DNA from: Dehalococcoidia bacterium
GTDB lineage: Bacteria > Chloroflexota > Dehalococcoidia > Lucifugimonadales > UBA3495
DNA length: 64,000 nt
NCBI GenBank assembly: GCA_034422655.1
Contig: DAOUJN010000039.1
Coordinates: 16,937 to 80,936 of the forward strand
Reading direction: 5' to 3'
Position numbers and translations under genes: made by a program. Below, piece after piece: positions 45,425 through 55,304 of this stretch. How positions within the stretch are numbered: position 1 is the stretch's first letter; the number at the start of each line of letters is the position of its first letter. The notes under the pieces are model-generated. The model was not told the DNA's origin. It was given only the letters and a program-made list of their open reading frames with translations, and did not search any database.

Positions 45425-45540
45425 GAGAATCCTGGTCAGCGGCACGGAAATGTCAGGGGCGGGTCCCGGGCCCGCCCCGGTAAACCCGACCCCGTGACCT
45501 TGCGGGGGACCTGCCAGCCGTCACCAATCAAGGACGGGTT

Positions 45541-46458
45541 ATGCAACGTTATATTGTAATGAGGGTGGGACAGTCGATAGTTGCCCTCATCATCCTGTCG
45601 ATGATCATATTTGCCCTGGGCCGCTTCACCGGAGACCCGATAATCCTCCTGTTGCCACAGGAAGCCAGCCAGGAAACTGAGGACGCTCTCCGCGCCCATT
45701 ACGGCCTGGACCAGCCCTGGCCCATTCAATACTGGAAGTTCATCAGCAATGCAGTCCAGTTCGATTTCGGCGATTCCATAAAGTCCAAGCGCCCGGTTAT
45801 GGACTTGATCGGGCCCAAGGTGATGAACTCGGTCCGGCTGGGCCTGGCGGGCATGGTTATCACGCTGATAATCGGCATACCGTTAGGTGTGCTGGCCGCA
45901 GTTAAACGTGACACCTTCTTTGACGGAGGGGCCAAGCTGATTGCCATTATGGGGCAGTCGCTGCCCCAGTTCTGGGTTGGCATCATGCTGATCCAGTTCT
46001 TCACGGTTCAGTTGGACCTGCTGCCGGCGGCGGGGACCGGGGGGATCAGCCACTATGTAATGCCCGCCTTCACGCTGGGGTGGTGGGTGGCAGCGGCAGT
46101 AATGCGGTTGCTGCGATCCAGCATGCTGGATGCTCTGGACGGCGAGTACATAAAGATGGCGCGCATCAAGGGCTTGCCGGAATACAAGATAGTATGGAAG
46201 CATACATTCAAGAACGCCCTGATTCCGGTGTTGACCTTCGCAGGCACCTACCTGGCCACCTTCATCACCGGCGCCATCCTGGTTGAAACGGTCTTTGCGT
46301 GGCCGGGACTGGGACGCCTGGTCTATGACTCCATCATTTGGCGCGACTTTCCGACGCTTCAGACGCTGGTAATGATGATAGCCGTTGTGGTCATTACGGT
46401 TAACCTGTTCGTGGACATAGCATACGCGTACATTGACCCCCGCATCAGGTACGACTAA
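45541..46458 (+). CDS. ABC transporter permease (DppB/OppB-like)
   Basis: MQRYIVMRVGQSIVALIILSMIIF N-terminus and an EAA-type loop (YIKMARIKGLPE). Confidence 0.9.
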   Translation: MQRYIVMRVGQSIVALIILSMIIFALGRFTGDPIILLLPQEASQETEDALRAHYGLDQPWPIQYWKFISNAVQFDFGDSIKSKRPVMDLIGPKVMNSVRLGLAGMVITLIIGIPLGVLAAVKRDTFFDGGAKLIAIMGQSLPQFWVGIMLIQFFTVQLDLLPAAGTGGISHYVMPAFTLGWWVAAAVMRLLRSSMLDALDGEYIKMARIKGLPEYKIVWKHTFKNALIPVLTFAGTYLATFITGAILVETVFAWPGLGRLVYDSIIWRDFPTLQTLVMMIAVVVITVNLFVDIAYAYIDPRIRYD

Positions 46459-46473
46459 GGAGGAGGGTTAACC

Positions 46474-47370
46474 TTGGCTACAACGATATCAACCCTGGCC
46501 AGAAGGCCCGCCCTCCGGGAAAGGAGCAGGCAGGCGGCAGAATCGCTGCGGCGGGCTCCGCTGATTCCGCTGGCGATCATCCTGATCGTCATCTTTACGG
46601 CCACCTTTGCGCCATTGCTGACACCCCATTCCACGACGCAGCCCTCTCTGGCCGACCGTCTCACCCCGCCGGTGTGGCAGGAGGGCGGCACCTGGGAGCA
46701 CCCCTTCGGAACCGATGCCCTGGGCCGCGACCTGGCCACACGGCTCATGTACGGTGGACGCGTATCCATGATGGTCGCAATCTTCACCCTTGCCATTGGA
46801 GGCGGGATAGGCACTGCCATTGGACTGGTATCCGGCTACTTCGGGGGACGGATAGACGCGGTGTTCATGCGCAGCGCGGACAGCACGCTGGCCTTCCCCA
46901 TCATCCTGTTTGCGATCCTGCTGGTGGTGGCGGTGGGCCCCAACATGGCCAACGTGGTCGTCGCCATTGCCCTGGTGCTGTGGGCCAGGTACGCCCGGGT
47001 GATACGGGGCGAGGTGCTGGCGCTCAGGGAGCGGGACTTCATCGCACGGGCGAGGGTGTCGGGCTGCTCGCACCTGCGGATACTGTTGTTCCACCTGTTC
47101 CCCAACACGGTGAATACCCTGCTGGTGCTGCTGACGCTGCAGGTGGGGTGGGTAATCATCGTTGAGGCGTCATTGAGCTTCCTGGGAGCGGGCATACCGC
47201 CGCCGACGCCGGCCTGGGGCAGCATGGTCTCGGACGGCAGGGAGTACGTGGACACGGCCTGGTGGGTGTCGGCCATTCCCGGCATTGCCATCATGCTGAC
47301 GGTGGTGGCCTTCAACCTGTTCGGGGACTGGCTGCGGGACACGCTGGACCCGAAGCTGCGGCAGGTGTAG
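46474..47370 (+). CDS. ABC transporter permease (DppC/OppC-like)
   Basis: GTDALGRDL motif and EAA loop (DFIARARVSGCS). TTG start after an AGGAGG RBS. Confidence 0.9.
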   Translation: MATTISTLARRPALRERSRQAAESLRRAPLIPLAIILIVIFTATFAPLLTPHSTTQPSLADRLTPPVWQEGGTWEHPFGTDALGRDLATRLMYGGRVSMMVAIFTLAIGGGIGTAIGLVSGYFGGRIDAVFMRSADSTLAFPIILFAILLVVAVGPNMANVVVAIALVLWARYARVIRGEVLALRERDFIARARVSGCSHLRILLFHLFPNTVNTLLVLLTLQVGWVIIVEASLSFLGAGIPPPTPAWGSMVSDGREYVDTAWWVSAIPGIAIMLTVVAFNLFGDWLRDTLDPKLRQV

Positions 47371-47426
47371 CACCGGGAATTCAGACATGGATGGACAGGA
47401 TTAACAGGATTTGGATTGACGTTTTG

Positions 47427-47459
47427 CGGGGCGGGTCATTGGGACCCGCCCCGTTTCTT
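47427..47459. terminator. intrinsic terminator hairpin between convergent genes
   Basis: CGGGGCGGGTC-ATTGG-GACCCGCCCCG followed by TTTCTT. Confidence 0.6.
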
Positions 47460-47481
47460 ATAGGAGAGGATTCCCAAGGGT

Positions 47482-47892
47482 TCAGGGAATCGGCCCGATA
47501 GTTACCAGGCCCTCCTCCCGCATATCAACGGTTAGACGGTAGTTTTCCAGCAGGGCCGTGCCCAGGAGAGGCCGATCGTTGTCGGTCTTGTATATCAAAA
47601 TGGGGCGAGAGAGGCCCAACCATTGCGCCAACGCACTAAAGGTGTCTGTTTCAATTACGCTGCCATCGGCCAGCTCCACTCGGCGGCTACCGTAAGGGGT
47701 CAGATCCAACTCTCGGATGATGTCTTCAGGTAGAGTGAGCCAACTGGAAAAACCGGTGTCGACGACAGCTTCGACCTCCTTAAACTCCCTTCTGCGGCCT
47801 GCTACGGAGATCGACACCTGCGCCTCAAGGATGTTGACTCCGCCCGCGGTACCGACCAGAATGACCTGGCCACTACTCGTCGGGAAAACCAT
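47482..47892 (-). CDS. retropepsin-like (clan AA) aspartic protease
   Basis: VVDTGFS catalytic D-T-G and LLGTALLENYRLTVD. Size and pattern resemble the bacterial/archaeal single-domain retropepsin-like family. Confidence 0.75.
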   Translation of the reverse strand: MVFPTSSGQVILVGTAGGVNILEAQVSISVAGRRREFKEVEAVVDTGFSSWLTLPEDIIRELDLTPYGSRRVELADGSVIETDTFSALAQWLGLSRPILIYKTDNDRPLLGTALLENYRLTVDMREEGLVTIGPIP

Positions 47893-48169
47893 GCGCCTGG
47901 TAATATTCCAGTGTCATTCTGTGACTAAACCTGGCTACACCGCCGCCGCCGATTCGGTCGCCCCAGGTAAGCGCCTGGGGCCGGCGCTCGAACATTCTGA
48001 GTGTAGCCGTCAGGTCGTCCGGGCCAACTTCGTAGTCGCCACTGAAGATGTCAATGACTACGACTTCGCCCCAGTGTTCGGCTTCCAGCTTTTCCCGTAG
48101 CTTCTCGTAAATGGCTTCTCCTTTGGTTGAAATCTCTGAAGGTGAAACTTTCGAGCTTTTTTCTGACAT
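47873..48169 (-). CDS. small protein partnered with the aspartic protease (antitoxin-like position)
   Basis: 98 aa from MSEKSSK. Its 3' end overlaps the protease start by 20 nt. The core EKLEAEHWGEVVVIDIFSGDYEVGPD resembles that of the 58737 protein. Confidence 0.55.
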   Translation of the reverse strand: MSEKSSKVSPSEISTKGEAIYEKLREKLEAEHWGEVVVIDIFSGDYEVGPDDLTATLRMFERRPQALTWGDRIGGGGVARFSHRMTLEYYQAHGFPDE

Positions 48170-48284
48170 GGGTTCACCTCTCAAGGTTTCACTGGCCGGC
48201 ATGAATCCATTATAACCTGATTGCATGCATTCCCCGTTTCCCGAATAGACGAAAGCCGTCTGCTGTCCCCAAGCCAGCGTGGAA

Positions 48285-49985
48285 CTAGTCATACCGCACT
48301 CGTTCGGAGGTGCTGGGGCCCCAGGGGGGTGGGGCTACTACGTCCCAGTCGGAGACCACGTCAACCACGGCGGGGCGGTTGGATGCCAGGGCTTCCTCGA
48401 TGGCGCCGGATATGTCGGCCGGGTCGGTTACGCGGATGCCGAAGCAGCCCATGGACTCGGCGACCTTGGCCAGGTCCACGTTGGTGAACTGCCACATGGC
48501 GTCGGCGCTCATACCGGGGTAGTTGGCGTTGACCACCCGCTCGTCGCCCACGCGGCACTGGTTCAGGGACATGTTGTCGTTGACCACGATGACGGCGTTG
48601 ATGCCGTAGCGGTTGGCCGTCTCCAGCTCGGAAACGTGGTACCAGAAGCCGCCGTCTCCGGTGAAGGCCACGACGGGCCGGTCGGGGAGGGCGCACTTGG
48701 CGCCCAGGGCGGCAGGCAATGCCCAGCCCAGGGAACCGGCGGCGCGCATGAATTCCTGTTCAGGGTGGTGCAGTTCGATGTAGGCGCCGGTCCAGATGCC
48801 CGAGTGGCCGGTGTCGGATACCAGCATGGCGTCGGAGGGCAGGTTGTCGGTAAATTCTTGGCAGATACGTTCGGGCCGGATGGGCTGGGCGTCGGAATGG
48901 AAGTCGGGAGCCACTTCGTCGCGGAATCCCTGGACAAGCTCCTGGGCCCGCTCCACCCACTCGGCACGGGAGACGGGCTCCAGGGCTTCCACCAGGCGGG
49001 AAACGGTGGCCTTGGCGTCGCCCTGGATGGCGACGGTGGTGGGGAAACTACGGCCCAGTTCCGACGGGTCGATGTCTATCTGGATTACCTTGCAGCCAGG
49101 AAGGGGAATGCGCCAGTCCAGGGTAACCTGGCTGCCGGTCTGGCTGCCGATGAAGATGGCGAGGTCGGACTCGGCCACCACCCGGTTGGCGCACCAGCGG
49201 GAGTAGGCGCCGCAGACCCCCACGGACAGGGGGTGGTTTTCGAGAATGGTGCCCTTGGCGTTAAGGGAGGTGGCCACCGGGATGTTGAGCATTTCGGCCA
49301 GCTTGACGACCTCTTCCTGGGCGCCGGAGGAGGTAACGCCGCCGCCGGCGACGATGACGGGCCGGCGGGACTCGGCCAGCACCTGGACGGTGCGCCGGAT
49401 CAGGTCGGGGCTGGGCTCCGGGCGCAAAGTGGAACGCTTCATGAAGTCCTCTTCAATGATGACGTCCATGTCGGCTTCACCGTTCTCGATGACCTCGGCC
49501 TGGATGCCCATGAAGTCCATGTGCACGGGCCCGGGCGCTCCGGAAGTGGCTTCGCGGAAGGCCTGGCGCAACAGGTGGGGCAGTTGTTCCACGGTGTCCA
49601 CGGCCACGCTGTACTTGGTGGTGGAGCTGAAGGGGCGGAAGTGGTCGATCTCCTGGTAGGAGTTGCGGTACTGGTGGGACAGGGGCCGGTGCCCGGTGAT
49701 GGCGATGACCGGAGAGAGGCCGAGGAAGGGGTCCTGCAGTCCCGCAGCCAGGTTAGCGGCGCCCACGGACTGGGCCATGCAGACAGCGGGGCCGTTGGAG
49801 GCCCGGGCGTAGCCGTCGGCCATGTAGACGGCCGCCTTTTCGCCGTGGGTGACGATGCGCTCAATACCCGCTATTTCCAGTTCCGCCAGAATGCGGCGGG
49901 CAATGGAAGGGACGTAGAAGACGTGGGTCAGGCCGTACCCCTTGAAAGTTTCCGCCACGAACCTGGCGCCGGTCATTCTTGGCAT
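48285..49985 (-). CDS. thiamine-diphosphate-dependent enzyme (acetolactate synthase large-subunit-like)
   Basis: GARFVAETFKGYGLTHVFYVP N-terminus and the ThDP motif GDGGFWY...NN. GGGAGG RBS before the ATG at 49985. Confidence 0.9.
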   Translation of the reverse strand: MPRMTGARFVAETFKGYGLTHVFYVPSIARRILAELEIAGIERIVTHGEKAAVYMADGYARASNGPAVCMAQSVGAANLAAGLQDPFLGLSPVIAITGHRPLSHQYRNSYQEIDHFRPFSSTTKYSVAVDTVEQLPHLLRQAFREATSGAPGPVHMDFMGIQAEVIENGEADMDVIIEEDFMKRSTLRPEPSPDLIRRTVQVLAESRRPVIVAGGGVTSSGAQEEVVKLAEMLNIPVATSLNAKGTILENHPLSVGVCGAYSRWCANRVVAESDLAIFIGSQTGSQVTLDWRIPLPGCKVIQIDIDPSELGRSFPTTVAIQGDAKATVSRLVEALEPVSRAEWVERAQELVQGFRDEVAPDFHSDAQPIRPERICQEFTDNLPSDAMLVSDTGHSGIWTGAYIELHHPEQEFMRAAGSLGWALPAALGAKCALPDRPVVAFTGDGGFWYHVSELETANRYGINAVIVVNDNMSLNQCRVGDERVVNANYPGMSADAMWQFTNVDLAKVAESMGCFGIRVTDPADISGAIEEALASNRPAVVDVVSDWDVVAPPPWGPSTSERVRYD

Positions 49986-50133
49986 AGGAAGACCTCCCTT
50001 GTGTTCCATCGGTTTGACGGCTGAACATTAGCACCATGCCCGTTGGCAGTCAACCGAAGCAAATTGACAAGGGCCGCTTGTTCTCATACAATCCAGCGCG
50101 CTTGAGCAAACTGGACATAATGAGGAGAAAGCA

Positions 50134-50907
50134 ATGCCGGAACTTAGCGTGCTGCTGCAGGGAAGCCCATTGCGGACCGACGTGGGGATAGTCGGATTCT
50201 GCTCGGTGGTGCTGATTGAAGGCGAGAAGCGCACCCTGGTGGACGTGGGCCACGTGGGAAGGCGCTCGGCGCTGGAGAATGCGCTGAGGGCCAGGGGCCT
50301 GACGCCGGAGGACATTGACATCACGGTTATGAGCCATGCTCACTGGGACCACAGCCAGAACTACGACCTGTTCCAGCACGCTCCGATGCTGGTGCACCCG
50401 CTGGAGCGCAAGTACGCGCACAAACCCCACCGCAACGACTGGGCCACGCCGGCGTGGTCGGGGGCGATGATCGAGTTCCAGCCCAAGATTGAAGAGGTGG
50501 AGGAGGGTCACGTCATCGAACCTGGCGTGACCCTGATGCACACGCCGGGCCATTCCCCGGGCAGCATTTCGGTGATGGTGGATACGCCGCAAGGGCTGAG
50601 CATCGTGTCGGGCGACGTGCTGCACTATTCCGCAGTGGCCCTTACCCGGAAGAATCCGCTGGTGTTCTGGAACGAGAAGGAGGCGACCCAGAGCATCGAC
50701 CGCATCGTTGAGCAGGCGGAGATCATTTACCCCGGGCACGACCGGGCATTTCACGTGGTAAACGGGGAGATTGAGTACCTGGAAGAGACGAAGATGACGG
50801 TGGCGGGCCTGGACCCGGAAGACCCCAACATTACCTTCGACTTTGCGCCGCGGCCGATATGGATTATGCCGGGGATTGAGGACCAGACGGTGGAGCGGCT
50901 GGGGTAA
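50134..50907 (+). CDS. MBL-fold metallo-hydrolase
   Basis: HAHWDH (HxHxDH) motif and a downstream HTPGHSPG. Confidence 0.85.
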   Translation: MPELSVLLQGSPLRTDVGIVGFCSVVLIEGEKRTLVDVGHVGRRSALENALRARGLTPEDIDITVMSHAHWDHSQNYDLFQHAPMLVHPLERKYAHKPHRNDWATPAWSGAMIEFQPKIEEVEEGHVIEPGVTLMHTPGHSPGSISVMVDTPQGLSIVSGDVLHYSAVALTRKNPLVFWNEKEATQSIDRIVEQAEIIYPGHDRAFHVVNGEIEYLEETKMTVAGLDPEDPNITFDFAPRPIWIMPGIEDQTVERLG

Positions 50908-51198
50908 CCCCCTTTACTCACGGCCTCTCTTTTTCAAGGTGTAAGCCCGCTGCTGGCCTCCCGGAGGCTCTGGATGTTTGGCTACTTACTTACCTTTTCG
51001 CTTCCAGAAGCTGTAAGCTCCGATGATGATTATGCCGATGATGCATAAAATAAACACCGGGTCGGTAAGCAGGTTACGTGTAAATTCAGAAGTGTCCACA
51101 ACCCTCACTCAACCGCTGCAGGGGCGCCATCGCCATCGTCAGCTAATCCCCAAGCCACCAATTAGTGAATACTCAGGCCTATTCGTGGTTAACCCCCG

Positions 51199-52278
51199 TT
51201 ACCTTCCCGACAGCTTCACCGGCTGGCCGGTTCGCGCGGCCTCTTCTATGGCCAGGGTTACTTCCACGGTGCGGCGGCCTTCCCGGACGGTGGTGTGGGA
51301 GCAGGGGGTGCCGGCGGCCAGGTGGTCGAGCCAGGAGCGGGTCTCGTTGGCGATGGGGCCCCAGTACTCGCCCATGGCCCAGTCGCCGGAGGAGTTGCTC
51401 TGCATGAACAGGGCGTCGACGTAGTGGTCGGGGACGTAGGCGTGGGGGACGCCCTTGTCGGTGAAGAGGAAGCTGTCCTTGTTGTCCATGTCTAGGACGA
51501 TTACGCCGTCCTCGCCCAGCACCTCGAAGCGGGCGCTTTGCCCATAGGTGGGATAGCGGGCCGGGAGGGCGTAGCAGATGCCCAGGTTGACCAGGGCGCC
51601 GTTTTCGAATGTGATGATGGCCCAGGTTACGTCGTGGATGTCGTGGCCCATTTCCTTGTAGAGGCCGTAGTTGCCCCGGGCGATGACCTCGGTGGGCCGC
51701 ACGTCGTCCAGGTACCAGCAGGCCATGTCCACGTAGTAGGTGAGAGCGTCCAGGACGGGCGTGGCCTCGGGGGAGCGCTTGAGAATCTCCATCATGTGGG
51801 CGCGGGAATTGTAGACTCGGGACTGGATGCCAAGGATACCGCCAAGGCGTCCCTGGGCCACCTGCTCCCGGGCCAGCATCCAGCGGCGGTCGTGGCGGCG
51901 GGAGTAGCCGATGCGCAGTTCGACGCCGGTGCGGTCCACGGCCTCGACAATCTTGTCGGTGTCGGCCAGGGTGAGGGCCAGGGGTTTTTCGACGAAGACG
52001 GGCTTGCCCAGTTCCAGGGCCTGGAGGATGGGTTCCACGTGTTCATGCTCGGGGGTAGAGATGACCACCGTATTGACCTGCGGGTCGGAGATGATGCGGT
52101 AGTTGTCGCTGGAGGTGAGGTCGGCGTTGACCTGCTGGCCGAGCATACCGGCCTTCTCCGGGTCAAGGTCGGACACGGCCAGGAACCGTACCGAGGGATG
52201 GCGGGAGGCCATGTTGGCGCGGAGGGTGCCAATGCGGCCTGAGCCAACTATGGCGACGCCGAGGTCCTGTTTTTGCAT
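51199..52278 (-). CDS. Gfo/Idh/MocA family oxidoreductase
   Basis: VAIVGSGRIG Rossmann motif and the VFVEKPLA (EKP) motif. Confidence 0.9.
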   Translation of the reverse strand: MQKQDLGVAIVGSGRIGTLRANMASRHPSVRFLAVSDLDPEKAGMLGQQVNADLTSSDNYRIISDPQVNTVVISTPEHEHVEPILQALELGKPVFVEKPLALTLADTDKIVEAVDRTGVELRIGYSRRHDRRWMLAREQVAQGRLGGILGIQSRVYNSRAHMMEILKRSPEATPVLDALTYYVDMACWYLDDVRPTEVIARGNYGLYKEMGHDIHDVTWAIITFENGALVNLGICYALPARYPTYGQSARFEVLGEDGVIVLDMDNKDSFLFTDKGVPHAYVPDHYVDALFMQSNSSGDWAMGEYWGPIANETRSWLDHLAAGTPCSHTTVREGRRTVEVTLAIEEAARTGQPVKLSGR

Positions 52279-52385
52279 GGGGTTAACTCCTGTTCACTCT
52301 TATCCACGAATATCCACGAATGTTCACCAATATTGGATAGGGTTCGCTGCGGAGCATTATCTGCCGGTGTTAATACCATTGCGAC

Positions 52386-52414
52386 GTAGGGGCGGGTTTC
52401 AAACCCGCCCCTAC
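52386..52414. repeat. REP-like perfect palindrome GTAGGGGCGGGTTTCAAACCCGCCCCTAC
   Basis: Identical 29-mer at 60650-60678. A variant is at 24172-24200. It lies just downstream of the thiC stop. Confidence 0.85.
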
Positions 52415-52446
52415 AATCCGATGCTGGGTATGCTACTGCCTGGCCT

Positions 52447-54380
<1,934 letters not shown>

Positions 54381-54410
54381 TCCAGATAGGTAGGTTGTTA
54401 AGTTGGGGGT

Positions 54411-54439
54411 ATTTTAGGGGCGGGGGTGGGGGATGTCAA
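54411..54439 (-). promoter_or_regulatory. candidate thiC promoter (TTGACA-N17-TAAAAT)
   Basis: The reverse complement reads TTGACA tcccccacccccgcccc TAAAAT. It ends about 30 nt upstream of the riboswitch. Confidence 0.5.
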
Positions 54440-54538
54440 TATTTTGGGCTGCAGTTCGATATGGGTAGGCAAACCGTGAGGAAACTCCGTAGGAGACGGC
54501 ATACTAGGAAGTTAATGGGAATAAGGGAAAACACCGAG

Positions 54539-55237
54539 TCAACCGAATAGGCCATTCAAAAAGGGTATTATGACATCTAACGCTCCGATGGCAGCTATTA
54601 TTCCAATGGCTATCGTGAGTACCATCAATGCTATTACTATTTTGTGGTAATCGAGTGATTGGCTATGTCGAAACGGATCGGACAGCGTCATATATTCTCG
54701 GACTGCAGACCCGTTCACCCTTTCATCAGATAAATTTGAAAACTCCTCCCAGTATAAGTCTGGTGCTGAGCGCAAGCTTTCATAGACTGATAGGAGTTCG
54801 GTGACTGCCAACTGTGTGTGAAAGACGTCTCTAAGCCGATTCAGTCTCCTTACTTTGACGAATGCACTCTCTGTTCTTTGCATTTCCACAAAGAAGCTTA
54901 GGTAAGATACTGAAAAGGCTAGCGTAGAAGTTGTGTGCAGTTGATCAAAACCAAAAGGCCATTTGCCAGTTATAAGGACTGTCGAAAAAAGAGCTCCTAA
55001 GATGGCCAACCCAGTGAATAGGACTATTACCGCTGCAGACACTGCGAACCAAACGTTCGAAACGGGTTGAAAAATTTGCTTTTCGACTCCCCACTTCCTG
55101 TATGTCGCACGGCTTCTATGAAAGACTAGGCGCACGATTAGCTGATATAAATGCTGACCGAAAAACCAATTATAGGCAAACATGAGCAGAAAGAGAAAAA
55201 CGACTATTGACCATTCAACGGAGCCAACATCCCTCAC
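54539..55237 (-). CDS. multi-pass membrane protein, function unknown
   Basis: 232 aa with a GTG start 7 nt after GGAGG. Hydrophobic segments at about aa 9-27, 61-89, 103-118 and 199-229, with a soluble helical insert at aa 120-198. This is the most AT-rich segment of the window. Confidence 0.7.
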   Translation of the reverse strand: MRDVGSVEWSIVVFLFLLMFAYNWFFGQHLYQLIVRLVFHRSRATYRKWGVEKQIFQPVSNVWFAVSAAVIVLFTGLAILGALFSTVLITGKWPFGFDQLHTTSTLAFSVSYLSFFVEMQRTESAFVKVRRLNRLRDVFHTQLAVTELLSVYESLRSAPDLYWEEFSNLSDERVNGSAVREYMTLSDPFRHSQSLDYHKIVIALMVLTIAIGIIAAIGALDVIIPFLNGLFG

Positions 55238-55304
55238 TTCCTTTCCTCCAGTTTTTGATTCTTGGATGGCTAAGTTAAACTATTCATCCAACCGATGTTG
55301 CTCT

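Noticed and set aside
48279-50024. 581-aa plus-strand ORF
   Set aside because: It is exactly antisense to the ThDP-dependent enzyme gene, which has clear family motifs. The composition (Gly/Val/His/Asp) is that of a shadow ORF.
50986-51099. Possible 37-aa single-TM micro-protein on the minus strand (VDTSEFTRNLLTDPVFILCIIGIIIIGAYSFWKRKGK)
   Set aside because: It has only a GTG start and no convincing RBS, and it is too short to support from sequence alone. It is noted as a candidate for ribosome-profiling checks only.
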